From assembly GCF_964194155.1 (NCBI RefSeq), contig NC_135886.1:81468001-81532000 (forward strand): DNA of 64,000 nt. Direction: 5' to 3'. Shown here one piece after another: positions 26,453-37,827 of this stretch; position 1 is the first letter of the stretch, and each line of letters begins with the position of its first letter. The position numbers and the translations under genes are program-made. Under the pieces are notes generated by a model. That model searched no databases, had not been told where the DNA came from, and saw only the letters and a program-made list of their open reading frames with translations. Source of the stretch: Cetorhinus maximus. Taxonomy: Eukaryota.

Positions 26453-27659
26453 CTGAAACAAATGATAGAGGGTTACAGCTTATGGAGAACTTTCTGTTGG
26501 ATACCAACATCTATTGACAGCAAGAAAGTGAACTAGATTAATAAACTTTAAACATACAAGAAACAGGCAAGAGCGCAGTATAATCTATTGAGCCACCGGA
26601 AAATGATTATTCAGTTTCCAATAATATAAATGCCAATAAACTAAAAGTAAATATAAGCTGGGAGAAGAGAAAGCATACTAACTGAGCCTCCTGCTACAGG
26701 GAGGAGGAATGTCTCATGATTGTTTGTATAAGAGATGATGGATAAAACTGATGCTCATGCCAGTTACAGTGGCGTTAGTGTAATCAAATGCTTCTAAATA
26801 ATGGTTTCAACAGAAGTATTCTGTTCAAAAACAATGGAATTTCAGAGTGAGAACTGTTTTGTTGATGTGAACAGCAATGAGTTAGTTACCATCATGTATT
26901 ATCTCTGGAACATATACTGGTTTTGATGGAATCAATTTAGAAAAAATAGGTGTAACTGAACCAGGATCACAACATTTGATTATTGTGAAGAAGGGAAAGA
27001 CTAGGTGGTCAGGCTGCTGGCTGCTCTTTCACTCTCAGAGGGAGTCAAAGTTCACTCTGTCTGAAAGCCATTAAAAGTCTCAAGTGAATGGGGCTTGGCA
27101 GTCTCAACCTCATACGTGTGAGCTTGAATCTTTAGGAGAAAATATTTAACTCGGGTTCTAACATTCAAACATAAATCTGATGCAGCTTTAAATTTAATTC
27201 AGCACTAATTTCAGTTTAAGATAGATCATATAGATGACTGATGTGAGAAAATGACATACAGGGTGCTCTTTAAAGATTTGGATTAGCACAGTGTTGTGGC
27301 AAGGTATCTATAGGTGACCCATGTCATACTTGGTTATCAAGTTCTATTTGGTGATGCTCTCTGCAAAAAGGGAGAAGCATTAACATTTCAACAGTAGCAC
27401 CATCTATTTGATAAGTAAAATGCAAATGTTTATATAAAAAATAAATCAACAGAATCATAATGCAATTGACAAAACCATAACCATTTTTATGACATGCAGG
27501 AGGGAACAAAGTGCAGTCCTTTAGTTTACACTATAACGCAGATTCCTTTACAGCACTGACCTCTGTTTTCTCTCCATAGTGATCGTGTGTCTACTTAAAG
27601 GATAAAATGGTTGCAACAGAACTCCAGGACTTCATTGACAATCTATATTCTTTTTTACA

Positions 27660-28610
27660 CAACATAAACATAGGAACACAAGTAGGTCATTTAGCCTCTC
27701 GAACCTGTTACACCATTCAGTTAGATCATGGCGATCTGTGACTTAACTCCATATACCAACCTTTGCCTCATATCCCTTAATGTCTTTGGTTAACAAAAAT
27801 CTATCAATTGCAGATTTAAAATTAATACTTGATCTACCTATGGGGGTTGGTTAGCTCAGTTAGCTAAATGGCTAGGGTGTTGTGTAGAATGATGCCAACA
27901 GCACACATACAATCCCCATACTGGTTGTAGTAGATTATAGGAGCCTGTCTCTTTGCTTTGTCCCATGCTTGATGCGGAGTGGTGCCTCTCAAGCCAACAG
28001 AGAGATGCCCATGGTCCCTCATAGACAATGGCTAATTGCCTTATCTGAACTACCATTAACTGCAGTTTGTGGAAGAAAATTCCAAATTTCTACCACTCTT
28101 TACGTGAAGAAGTGCTTCCCAATTTCACTCCTGAAAGGTATGGCTCTAATCTTTTGACTAATACCCCCAGTTCTAGACTCCCTAACTAGCAGAAATTGTT
28201 TTTCCCAATCTATCCTATCTGGTCCTCTTAATATCTTGAAAACTTTGATCAAATTAACCCTCAATTTTCTAAATTCTAGGGAACACAACCTACTTTGTGT
28301 AATCTCTCCTCATAATTTAATCCTTACAGTCCAGGTATCATTTTAATAAGTCTATACTGCACTCCCTCCAAGGCCAATATATCCTTCCTAAGATGTGATG
28401 ATCAGAAATGCTCGCAGCATTCCAGGTATGATCTAACCAGAGCTTCGTATAGCTGAAACATGACTTTTACCCTCTTGAATCCCACTGCTCGAGATACAAA
28501 GGCCAACATTCCATTAGTTTTTTTGATTATTTTCTGCATCTGTTCATGACATTTTAATGATATGTGTACATGGAAGCACTAGTCTCTTTAGGCCTCCACT
28601 ATTTCTATTT
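27660..28610 (-). mobile_element. CR1 3' fragment with a tRNA-derived SINE inserted at ~27843-28045
   Basis: ORF2 C-terminus (LIKVFKILRGPDRID...KHFFT). Insert begins ggttggttagctcagtt and is bounded by ctacc direct repeats. Confidence 0.7.
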
Positions 28611-28679
28611 GAATATCTGAATATTTGTCACTATTTGAATAATGTCATACTGAAAGCTACATTATATTTCTTACTCTAC

Positions 28680-28811
28680 CTGTGAATTCTTCTGTAAGCA
28701 TCCTGCTCCTCTTGACAAAGAATTTTTGGAAGTTCCACAGCAGACTCCAGGCACACTTTACCAATGGTTTCATGGGGCACTACGTGGATAGGGATTTCTA
28801 TGCGTTCATAC
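28680..28811 (-). CDS. BRCC3: BRCC3 coding exon 6
   Basis: (E)YERIEIPIHVVPHETIGKVCLESAVELPKILCQEEQDAYRRIH(S), 132 nt, canonical AG/GT. Confidence 0.96.
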
Positions 28812-29218
28812 CTGTAAGCAAGTTATCAAAAGGTTAATGCCATTCTGATGACATCCTAGCCTATAAGCTTAGTTCAAGTACTTTATATTTGTATGACACC
28901 AGGTTAAATTACAGCCCTACTAACTTCTATGCATTTTAAGCACAAGTCTCTAACTTGAAATTGTTTCCTCCACTAATTGGTTATCTCGCACAAAGTTCAA
29001 ATCCTGTCAGAGAAGGCAAGCAATCAGCTTCCAGCCTATGTGAAAAGTACTCTGAAACTACCGCGGGGATATATGCATGCATGGGCCAACTGTCTGATTT
29101 TTCCATTACTTCCACTTGGCATTTTCCCATAATTACCAGATTAATCACCTCATATTAAAACTAAGGCCCTTAGTTTATATTATTTTCACCAGAATAACAT
29201 ACACTGCATTATACTTAC

Positions 29219-29274
29219 TCAGAACCTTTCTGTGCCTGAATTGACTGGAAACAGGTATAGAGAACTCGGCCAGT
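29219..29274 (-). CDS. BRCC3: BRCC3 coding exon 5
   Basis: TGRVLYTCFQSIQAQKGS(E), 56 nt, tttcag| and |gtaagt. Confidence 0.96.
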
Positions 29275-29969
29275 CTGAAAAAAATATGTAAAAAGGCAAA
29301 ATATACTGTTTAATCCTGCCACCTAATTTTCTAATGTCTTCTTAATTTAGCCAATAAGTCCATCAAACTGGTAGTTTTTAACCGCAAGAGCTACAAGAAA
29401 AGTCTGGGTGGAATTCAATCATTAACTATTCACATAATCATGCTGCTTCTTAGAATCATCATAATTTTCCAGGAGAGCACCAATACCTCAATTAACCTTG
29501 CTTTGAAAGTAGCCATAAAATTAGTTAGTAAATCACCCTTTCTCTATGGTCATGCATTCAAATCTAAGACAGATTGAAGTGATAAATGTGACTTTCCCCT
29601 CTGATGGTTGCAAAGTTATGGATGTAAAATGAGTTTGGATCAGTATCAACCTAAGCCTACAGCACAAAACTATTGGTGACTCATTACAAGTTGGCAATCA
29701 CACTCATCAAGGCAACAAGGAGGATTTGTTTTGGAAATGAACATGTTATTTTGTTGCAGCTCTTTTTTTAGTTTGGACTTTTAAAAATTCATTCAAAATA
29801 TTATAACATTACTGGCATTGACTGCATTTATTGCCCATCCCTAAATGTCCTTGAAAAAGTGATGGTGATTCGCCGCCTTAAACTAACTCAGTTTGTGTGG
29901 TGAAAGTACTCCCATATTGCTGTCAGGTAGGTGGTTCCAGTGATGACGAAGAAATTCCAATCTGATTCC

Positions 29970-31360
29970 TACATACGAACAAGGAGCAGGAGCCATTCAT
30001 TACCTCGAGCCTGCTCCGCCATTTAATAAGATCATGGCTGATCTGATTGTGACCTGAAATATGCATTCCACCTATCGCTGATAATCAATCACCCCCTTGC
30101 TTACCAAGAATTTATCCATTTCTGCCTTAAAAATATTAAAAGACTCTGCTTCCACCACCTTTTCAGGAAGAGTTCCAAAGACTCACGACCCTCAGAGAAA
30201 ACAATTTCACCTCATCTCTGTTTTAAATGGGCAAACCCTTATTTTTAAACAGTGACCCCAGTTCTAGATTCTTCCACAAGAGGAAACATCCTCTTTACAT
30301 CCACACTGTCAAGACCCCTCAGGATCTTATATGTTTCAATTAAGTCACCTCTTACTCTTCTAAACTCCAGTAGATACAAGCCTAGTCTGTCCAACCTTTG
30401 CTCATAAGACAACCCACCCATTCCAGGTATTAGTCTGGTAAAACTTCTCTGAACTGCTTCCAACACATTTACATCCTTCCTTAAATAAGATGACCCAATA
30501 CTGTACACAGTACTCCAAGTGTGATCTCACTAGTGCACTGTACAACTGAAGCATAACCTCACCACATTTGTATTTAATTCCCCTCACAATAAATGATAAT
30601 GTTCTATTAGCTTTTCTAATTACTTGCTGTACTTGCATACTAGCCTTGTGATTCATGCACTAGGACACCCAGATCCCTCTGCACCTCGGAGCTCTGCAAT
30701 CTCTCACCATTTAGATAATATGCTTCTCTTTTATTCTTCCTGCCAAAATGGATAATTTCACATTTTCCAACATTATACTCCACCTGCCAAATCTTTGCCC
30801 ACTCACTTGTTTGTTTGTAGCCTCCTTCTGTCCTCTTCACAACTTACTTTTCTGTCTATCTTTGTGTCATCAGCAAATTTGGCAACCATCCCTTCAATCT
30901 CTTCATCCAAGTCACTTATATAAATTGTAAACAGTTGAGGTCCCAGCACTGATCCCTGTGGCACACCACACGTTACATCTTGCAAACCTGAAAACGACCC
31001 ATTATGCCTACTCTCTGCTTCCTGTTATGCAGCCAATCTTCTATCCATGCCAATATATTACCGACTACGCCATGAGCTTTTATTTTCCGCAATTGCCTTT
31101 GATGTGGCACTTTATAAAATGCCTTCTGTAAATCTAAATACAGTACATTCACCAGTTCCCCTTTATCCACAGCACATGTTACTTCCTCAAAGAACTCCAA
31201 TAAGTTGGTTAAACACAATTTCCCTTTCACAAGACTCTGCCTGAAGACCTTGACATTTTCCAAGTGCCCTGCTATAACTTCTTTAACAATAGCTTCTAAC
31301 ATTTTCCCTATGATAGATGTTAAGCTAACTGGCCTGTAGTTTTCTGTTTTCTGTCTCCCT
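29970..31360 (-). mobile_element. CR1 LINE, 5'-truncated
   Basis: RT motifs YLDLQKAF, GVPQGSVLGP and KFADDTK, plus C-terminal domain. Confidence 0.88.
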
Positions 31361-31524
31361 CCAGGATCTCATTGGCTAACAGAGATTTTGCTTCAGTAAG
31401 CTTTCATTTTGGTCTATCCGGCATCAACAAGGGCCGCATTAATGTCATTTGTTAACAACCATTAAAGGGCTAAAATAGGTCTCATGATTTTCTCTCCCAT
31501 CCTCTGAGGAAGCAGTAAACCGCT

Positions 31525-31665
31525 AAAATAAAAACAAAATATTGCGGATACTGGAGATCTGAAATAAAAACAGAAAGTGCTGGAAAAACTCAGCAGCTCT
31601 GGCAACATCTGTGGGGAGAGAAACAGAGTTAACATTTTGAGTCCAATATGACTCTTCTTCAGAAG
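31525..31665 (-). mobile_element. Penelope-like element terminal (pLTR) fragment
   Basis: Same family as the arms at 50227-50670. Contains CTGAAGA-stem-[G>A]AAA hammerhead-like motif. Confidence 0.6.
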
Positions 31666-31728
31666 TAGTAAACCATCACTGACTGCCACCAAAGGGGCAA
31701 ATATAGATTAGAAAGAGGTGGTTTTGAC

Positions 31729-31817
31729 CTTGGTGTTCTTGTCCTCAATGAAACAGGAGAAGATCAGCCCCACAAAGCCCTGGTCCATCATCTGGTACAT
31801 GGCCTGAGTACGGACAT
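31729..31817 (-). CDS. BRCC3: BRCC3 coding exon 4
   Basis: (D)VRTQAMYQMMDQGFVGLIFSCFIEDKNTK, 89 nt, acag| acceptor, weak |gtcaaa donor. Confidence 0.95.
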
Positions 31818-33430
31818 CTGTCAGAGATAACAGAGAAGTTACAAAGTAATCGATCACGTTTTGCTTCTTGAACAAATCACTCATGTGCAAACTGAACTGG
31901 CAAGGAAACTAAATGGACCCCAAACTATTCCAGCAAGAAAACATTAACATAGTTAGGATCTGCACTGGTATATTAGGAGGCAGAACACAAATTTCACTAG
32001 CAAGGTCCACTCTTATTGTGATCTAATGCATAATATCAAAAGAGGTAGCATAACAAGGAAATAGCCCTCCTGCAGAGTTACTGTAAAAAAAACCCTTAAG
32101 TGAAAATATCTACTGCCTGCTAAGTGAATAGCAAAGAATTATTTTTTCTCTTTTTAGCAGACTCAAACAAAATTTTGAGAGATCACAGGTGCTCATGCTG
32201 CAAGATAATGTTAGATAACAAAACCTGTAACAAATTAAAGACACTGGGTAAAGCTTGCTGATGACTTAAGGGTAAATGCAAAACCATCCAAATGTTTAGT
32301 ACAGGCTTGCCCAACCCGCAGCCTGCATCTGTCTGCTGTCTCTGCGGTCTCCAGAGCCAGTTTTCAAAATGCTGGCTGAACGGGTAAGCTGGAGTGGAAG
32401 ATTCCACAAGGAGATGCACCTCCAATCATAGGCTGCTTCCTCTCCGCGTTTGCTCAGAAACAGTCTGTGATTGCAGCAGCAGCGAACACCAGCGGTGGTA
32501 AGTTTTCCGGGGACAGAGCGGGAGCGAGCAAGCGAATTAGAGAGTGAGTGTGTAATAGTGAGCAAGCAAGGGAGCACGTAATAGCGAGCAGGAGAGCAAG
32601 AGTGAGTGAGGGAGAGTGAGCGAGTGTGTGTCTGCCTTACTCCCAGTCTCAGGTTTCTCACATGCTCTCACCACCACACACCAACACATACTCACACAGA
32701 GGGTGAGGGTGAGTGCGTGAGCACCCTGAGCCTGGGAGTGAGCCGGACACACACACATTCATCATTTTGATTAATTACTCTTTTTTAAACTTAACAATTT
32801 AATGGTATGACATTGCATTATTTTTGCTCAGCAAGTTGTTTCTTTTCTTAATACCACAGCCTTTTTTTTGAAATTGAGGTTAATGCTGTGCCAAAACTTA
32901 TCTTTCCAAAATTTGCTCATTGACCCCTTGAATGAGAAAAAAAAATGGAAATGTGGACCCCCCTCCCCCCACAAGTGAAAAGGTTGGGCCAGTCTGGCTT
33001 AGTACAAATGTGAAAGGCCTTTTGGTTTATCAAGTTTATCTTTAAATGGAAGCCTATCAAAGCATCCATACATCTCTTTAATAGCTTTCCCATCCGGGCA
33101 GTAAAGTTGGCATTGTGGATTGGCCATTTATTACACACTCTACCAATTTTTCTTTTCATTGAAGTTGGTGGGAAAACTCAGGTGGTGTGCACAATGAGCA
33201 GTCAATCTACAACGGCAACTTCAACATCTGCCAGTGAAAGTTAAAGTCTATCTTGCAGTATCTTGGCTCATACGTAAAAATAATCTATTTGAGCAAGGTC
33301 AACAACTTTGGCAGTAAGGAGCAAAGGGGAGAAAAGTAATTGTGAACAAGAGCAACCTACTCTCTAAACTGCTCCCATAGGTCACCTTAGCTCCATTGTT
33401 ACATGATGCCCAGTTCAGTCATGTACTTAC

Positions 33431-33518
33431 CCACATGTGAAGGCCATACGGTGATATGAGGGTGGGAATGATACCATCCCACCACTCTCATTGGGCGACC
33501 AGTCATTTCAGCTAACCT
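33431..33518 (-). CDS. BRCC3: BRCC3 coding exon 3 (JAMM HxH motif)
   Basis: RLAEMTGRPMRVVGWYHSHPHITVWPSHV(D), 88 nt, preceded by an AC acceptor, |gtaagt donor. Confidence 0.96.
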
Positions 33519-34707
33519 GTGCAAGTTGTCAAAGATTGTAAATGAAACCTTTATCGCATAAGCTTTGGGCAATGCATCTTTCCCAGAATCCTGCAAACCC
33601 ACAAACTTTATATAATTTAATCCTCCCTAGAATCCTATGACATCAAAGCACACCAAAAAAAGGTGAACTTTTCCTAATCTAAATAGGAATACAGAAAATA
33701 AGTTTGTGAAGGAATATTATGAAGAAAAAAAAATTCCAGTCTCATCCCAGTACCTTCCAGTTAAAAAAGTAAGCAAAGTTTAAATTTGTCTGTTTAATAT
33801 TTTAAATATAACAGAGGGAGATTTACTCTTCACCTCCAGGCAATTTTATTCTGCATTCAACTTCAAAACTCATGTATAAGACTAACATTTTACGTCCTTA
33901 TTTAGAACTAAGAATGTGGGGTGGCAGATGTGGGGAAGGGGATGATCATTATGAAGAAAATCACATCCTTCCTCAGGTTTCCTTCTAGTGGAGCTACTTC
34001 TCTAGAGACAACGGATCCAGCAGCAGTTTACCAATGCATTCCTTTTCGCTACTACTGTCAGCTGTTGCTCTGCTGCTCCAGTGCTGATATTTAAATAGTA
34101 TTTTTCCCTCTCCCTCCTGTCCAGACTTCTGTTTCTGATTTTCTAAAAGTAAGCAGGGTAGATGCAGGGAAAAATGAAAATTCAGCAACAGGAGCCAGCA
34201 CTGAAATCAAAACTGTCAGTGAAATATCACAACAATAGTAAAGTAGAGCAATTAGCTAATGGGAATGCACTGTATGAAATAAAAGTGAGGGACAGTGTAT
34301 TTGTGGATCTATCAGCCTACATGAAACAGCAAATTTAGGGTATCAGAAGCTTTGTCATTTCAGTGTTCAATTTATAGGGAAGTCATGCATTTTTTGGGAT
34401 GGAAATTGTTCATTGCCTCATACGTGAATAAATATAGTAACAAATACTGTTAACTGACCTCGGACTGCTTCACTAGATAACAGTGGAGGAAGCTATACTC
34501 TCCAATTAGCCCATGTTATATCCAATCTTGGGCTGCCAAAGGAGGACACGCTGTCTCCAAAAGAACCTATTTCCCAGTGTTTAGATGCCTCATATTGATA
34601 AAATATTTTTTAAAATTATGGTAACATTGCAACTGCTCGCCAACAAAAACGTGATTGTATATGAGTCCAAGAGTCTGTACTGAAAGTAATCTCTATGGAA
34701 AGGATAT
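33519..34707 (-). other. BRCC3: U12-type (minor spliceosome) AT-AC intron of BRCC3
   Basis: 5' site ATATCCTTT, branch-like TCTTTGAC ~10 nt before terminal AC. This junction keeps the ...TEAE|RLAE... frame. Confidence 0.9.
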
Positions 34708-34827
34708 CTCAGCTTCAGTAGAGGCTGCAGAAAGTTGCTCTGGAGAAATTTCCACCCGATCCTTGCGCTTGTCCGAGCGGCGAAGAATAATGACAGAATG
34801 AATATGAACAATTCTGCTTGTGTCAAC
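34708..34827 (-). CDS. BRCC3: BRCC3 coding exon 2
   Basis: VDTSRIVHIHSVIILRRSDKRKDRVEISPEQLSAASTEAE, 120 nt, ctatag| acceptor. Confidence 0.96.
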
Positions 34828-35399
34828 CTATAGCAAAAATGAAGAGGTTAATTATCTTCTATTTCATTCCTAGCTTATCAAATGGAATTAGTAGCACACT
34901 GGAATAGGACATTATCTCTCTCCCTTGAACCTGGTCTCACATCCAGCCAGAAAGAACAGATGAAAATCTCTCTCTCTTTGCTAACTGTGTGATTTTGCAA
35001 TTTCAATCAAACTGGAGACTATTGTGCAATAGTGATCCACTATTGTGGATTAATATGATCTACTAAGATTCCAATTAATTGGAGCAAGATAAAGAGACCT
35101 CTGCATCCCATTCATGTTATACCTGAGAATACATAATGCTGACACTGAGTAACTAAAATGGAAAATGTTCTATTTTCCTTGTGGTAACATGCTTCACCTT
35201 ACTAAAACAAAACTGAATAAAACATAACACAAAAACACCGATGGATGCTGGGAATTTTCTCAGTGTTCCTTCAATCGATCATTTGGCAAATGTGCTGCTC
35301 ATGTGGTGAAAAGTGGGTTCCTGCGAATCTTGAAGTTTATTTATTCAGTGTGTGCATAGCATTCTCAGTGGCTAAATGGAGCTCTTTAAGCCCACCTTC

Positions 35400-36420
35400 A
35401 AGTTTATTTAGTGGACACTATTGTTTGGACTGCACCACAGCTGTAGCCTGGATGGTCTTGGTGATCCACTGATGTTGGGTGGCTGCACAGAGGCCTTGGT
35501 CAGTCCAGAAATGGTTTAAAATGGCCCACTGTCACTGTTAAAGATCAAAGCTGGATGGACAAGCAGTGGAGGCTACGATGAGAGTGGTTTCTGGTGGGTG
35601 TTTCCTCCTGCAGTAGGTCCTCAACTGTTACTCCTCGGTATGGTGGGTTTAACCATATGGGAGGTGTGAGGGAAGGCAGATTACTTGTGGGTTGAAGATG
35701 TCATTGATTAACGGCAGGCTTGGGTTGGAGTAGACCTTCCCCAGTAGCTTGCCTGCTTCAATTACCCCACTGATGTGGGGAGGCAATGTTGCTCAGGACT
35801 GGGAGCCAGGAGAGGGGAGTAGGTCAAAGGGTACCTGTCCTGATGCACATTGTTGAGTTGCACATCAATAAATTTGGTGCGGGCAGAGTAGTACCATATT
35901 ATAGTGTAGTATTCTACAGTTGAGTACATGATGGCAAGAGCAGAGGTCTTAATCTGTGATCCCCTTGAAGTACCAGCCAGTTTACTGAGGAGGTAATCAC
36001 AGGTTTTAATTTTTTCTGCGGTCTTGATGAGGTGCTGTTTGTATGTGAGAGTTCTGTCAAGGGTGACACCTGGATAAACAGGGTGGGGATCGTGTTTCAG
36101 TCTCTGGCCATTCAGGTTGATGTTCAATTCCCTCTTAACATCGGCATTGTGAAGGTGGAATGTGCTAGAGACTGTTTTACTGGTGCTCGGTTTTAGGCAC
36201 AATGTCTTGCAGTAATTGGCCTGTTTTGCCTTCCAGCTCAGGGTAAGTCTGAGCCTGTATGCCACAGCAAATGTCATCTGCATAGATAAACTTCCAGGGC
36301 CGAGTTGGGGGTAAGTTGTTGGTGTACGAGTTGAACAGAGTTGGGGCTAAGACAGGCCCCTGGGGTAGCCCATTCATTTGTTTGCTTCTGGCACTACCTT
36401 GTCACCCTATGCACCCTGAA
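35400..36420 (-). mobile_element. Ingi/Vingi-like LINE fragment
   Basis: NGLPQGPVLAPTLFN, FIYADD and GVTLDRTLTYKQHL motifs. Confidence 0.7.
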
Positions 36421-36599
36421 CTGCCTAAACCAGAATAGCAGTTCAATGGTGCCAGTAAGACAGGGAGGGAGAACTCTTGAAGCTGAGATTGAAAGAATCT
36501 CTGAAGAAATACTGAAAATAGTTTGTACCTTTTGGATTGAATCTGGGTACTATTGTTATCTTGCAGTGCCTGGTAATATATCTACAGCAGTGACCAGGA

Positions 36600-37330
36600 G
36601 GAGAGCAGCTGAGCAGGAACAGAGCAAGATATAAGGTGCAGTGGAAAGATCAGGCCTGAGAGCAGGAGGAGTGGGAGCTGAGCGAGAGCAGAGCAGGAGC
36701 GTGAGCATAGCTTGCTAAAAGTCATGATGGCAGAGCAAAGGTATGGCCAGAAGCAGCACAAGCGAAAATGGGGTGAGTGAGGTCAGAGTCAGTGCAGGGA
36801 GCCATGAACGGCTTAACATGAGGGAACTAAGATCAGTATCAAGGACAAATACTGGAGGTAAGGATTTCAGAACTAAGGCATGGAACTAGATTTATTAAAT
36901 CTTAAATTTTCTTTCTTATAATTTTAGTTCGTAGTCCAAGATATAAAGGGCACCTCAGTCCAGTCAGGAGCACATCTGTTTCACTTGGGAACTCCAGGAA
37001 AATTCTCATGTCCTGGACAACCACACGTTCAGGAAGTGTCATCAGCTAAAAGAGCTCGAGCTCCAGATTTCGGAGTTGGCGTGGCGGTTGGAATCAGTGT
37101 GATGCAACCGGAAGACTAAGATTTTCACGGATAGCACATTTCAACAGGTGGTTACCCCACAGCTTAAGGATGTGAAGGTAATAAGCTTACCCCTAGTGGT
37201 GGGAATGCTTTTAGGAATTATAATCTGGGATAAAATTATCACTTGGATTAGGATAGATTAATTAAGGAAAGCTAGCATAGATTTTTAAAGGCAAACTGTG
37301 TTTTAACTAATTTGATCAAGTTTTTTGACA
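36600..37330 (+). mobile_element. Decayed CR1 5' end/ORF1 fragment
   Basis: GA-rich leader followed by sequence similar to 38000-38220. Confidence 0.5.
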
Positions 37331-37492
37331 GGTGGCACTTGTCTCGATACCCAACCATGAATCAAATTGTTGGTGCAATCACAAGTGAAGCTAAATGCAA
37401 TCACTAATTTTCTTCCTCCTCCAACCCTAATCCTAAACCTTCTTATTTGACACTAACACCTGAATTAATTTCTTGTTGTTCTATTCTGAGTT

Positions 37493-37827
37493 GGGAGATT
37501 GAAAACAGCGCGAGTGGAGAAGCAGTCGGGAGACTGAAAACAGCGCGAGTGGAAAGGCAGTCGGGGGATTGAAAACAGTGCAAGAGGAGAGGCAGTCAGG
37601 AGATTGAAAACAGCATGAGAAGAGAGGCAGTTGGGAGACTGGAAACAGCGCGAGAGCAGAGGCAATTGGGAGATTGAAAGCAGTGTGAATGAAGACAGTC
37701 AGGAGATTGAAAACAGCACGAGAGGAGCGGCAGTCACGAGTGTGAAAACAGCATGATAGGAAAGATAGTCGGGAGATTGAAATCAGCGTGAGAGGAGAGG
37801 AAGTCAGGAGATTGAAAACAGCACGAG
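37493..37827 (+). repeat. ~10 copies of a 35-bp tandem unit at the 5' end of the CR1
   Basis: Unit gggagattgaaaacagcgcgagtggagaagcagtc repeated head-to-tail with divergence. Confidence 0.9.

Noticed and set aside
32500-32760. GA/CA-rich stretch and overlapping ORFs
   Set aside because: Low-complexity microsatellite-like sequence with no protein similarity.
33399-33602. 67-aa ORF as a standalone JAMM peptide
   Set aside because: It is BRCC3 exon 3 plus intron read-through.
37493-37827. 35-bp repeats as a CRISPR array
   Set aside because: Units are contiguous with no unique spacers, there are no cas genes, and the context is eukaryotic and adjacent to CR1 ORF1.
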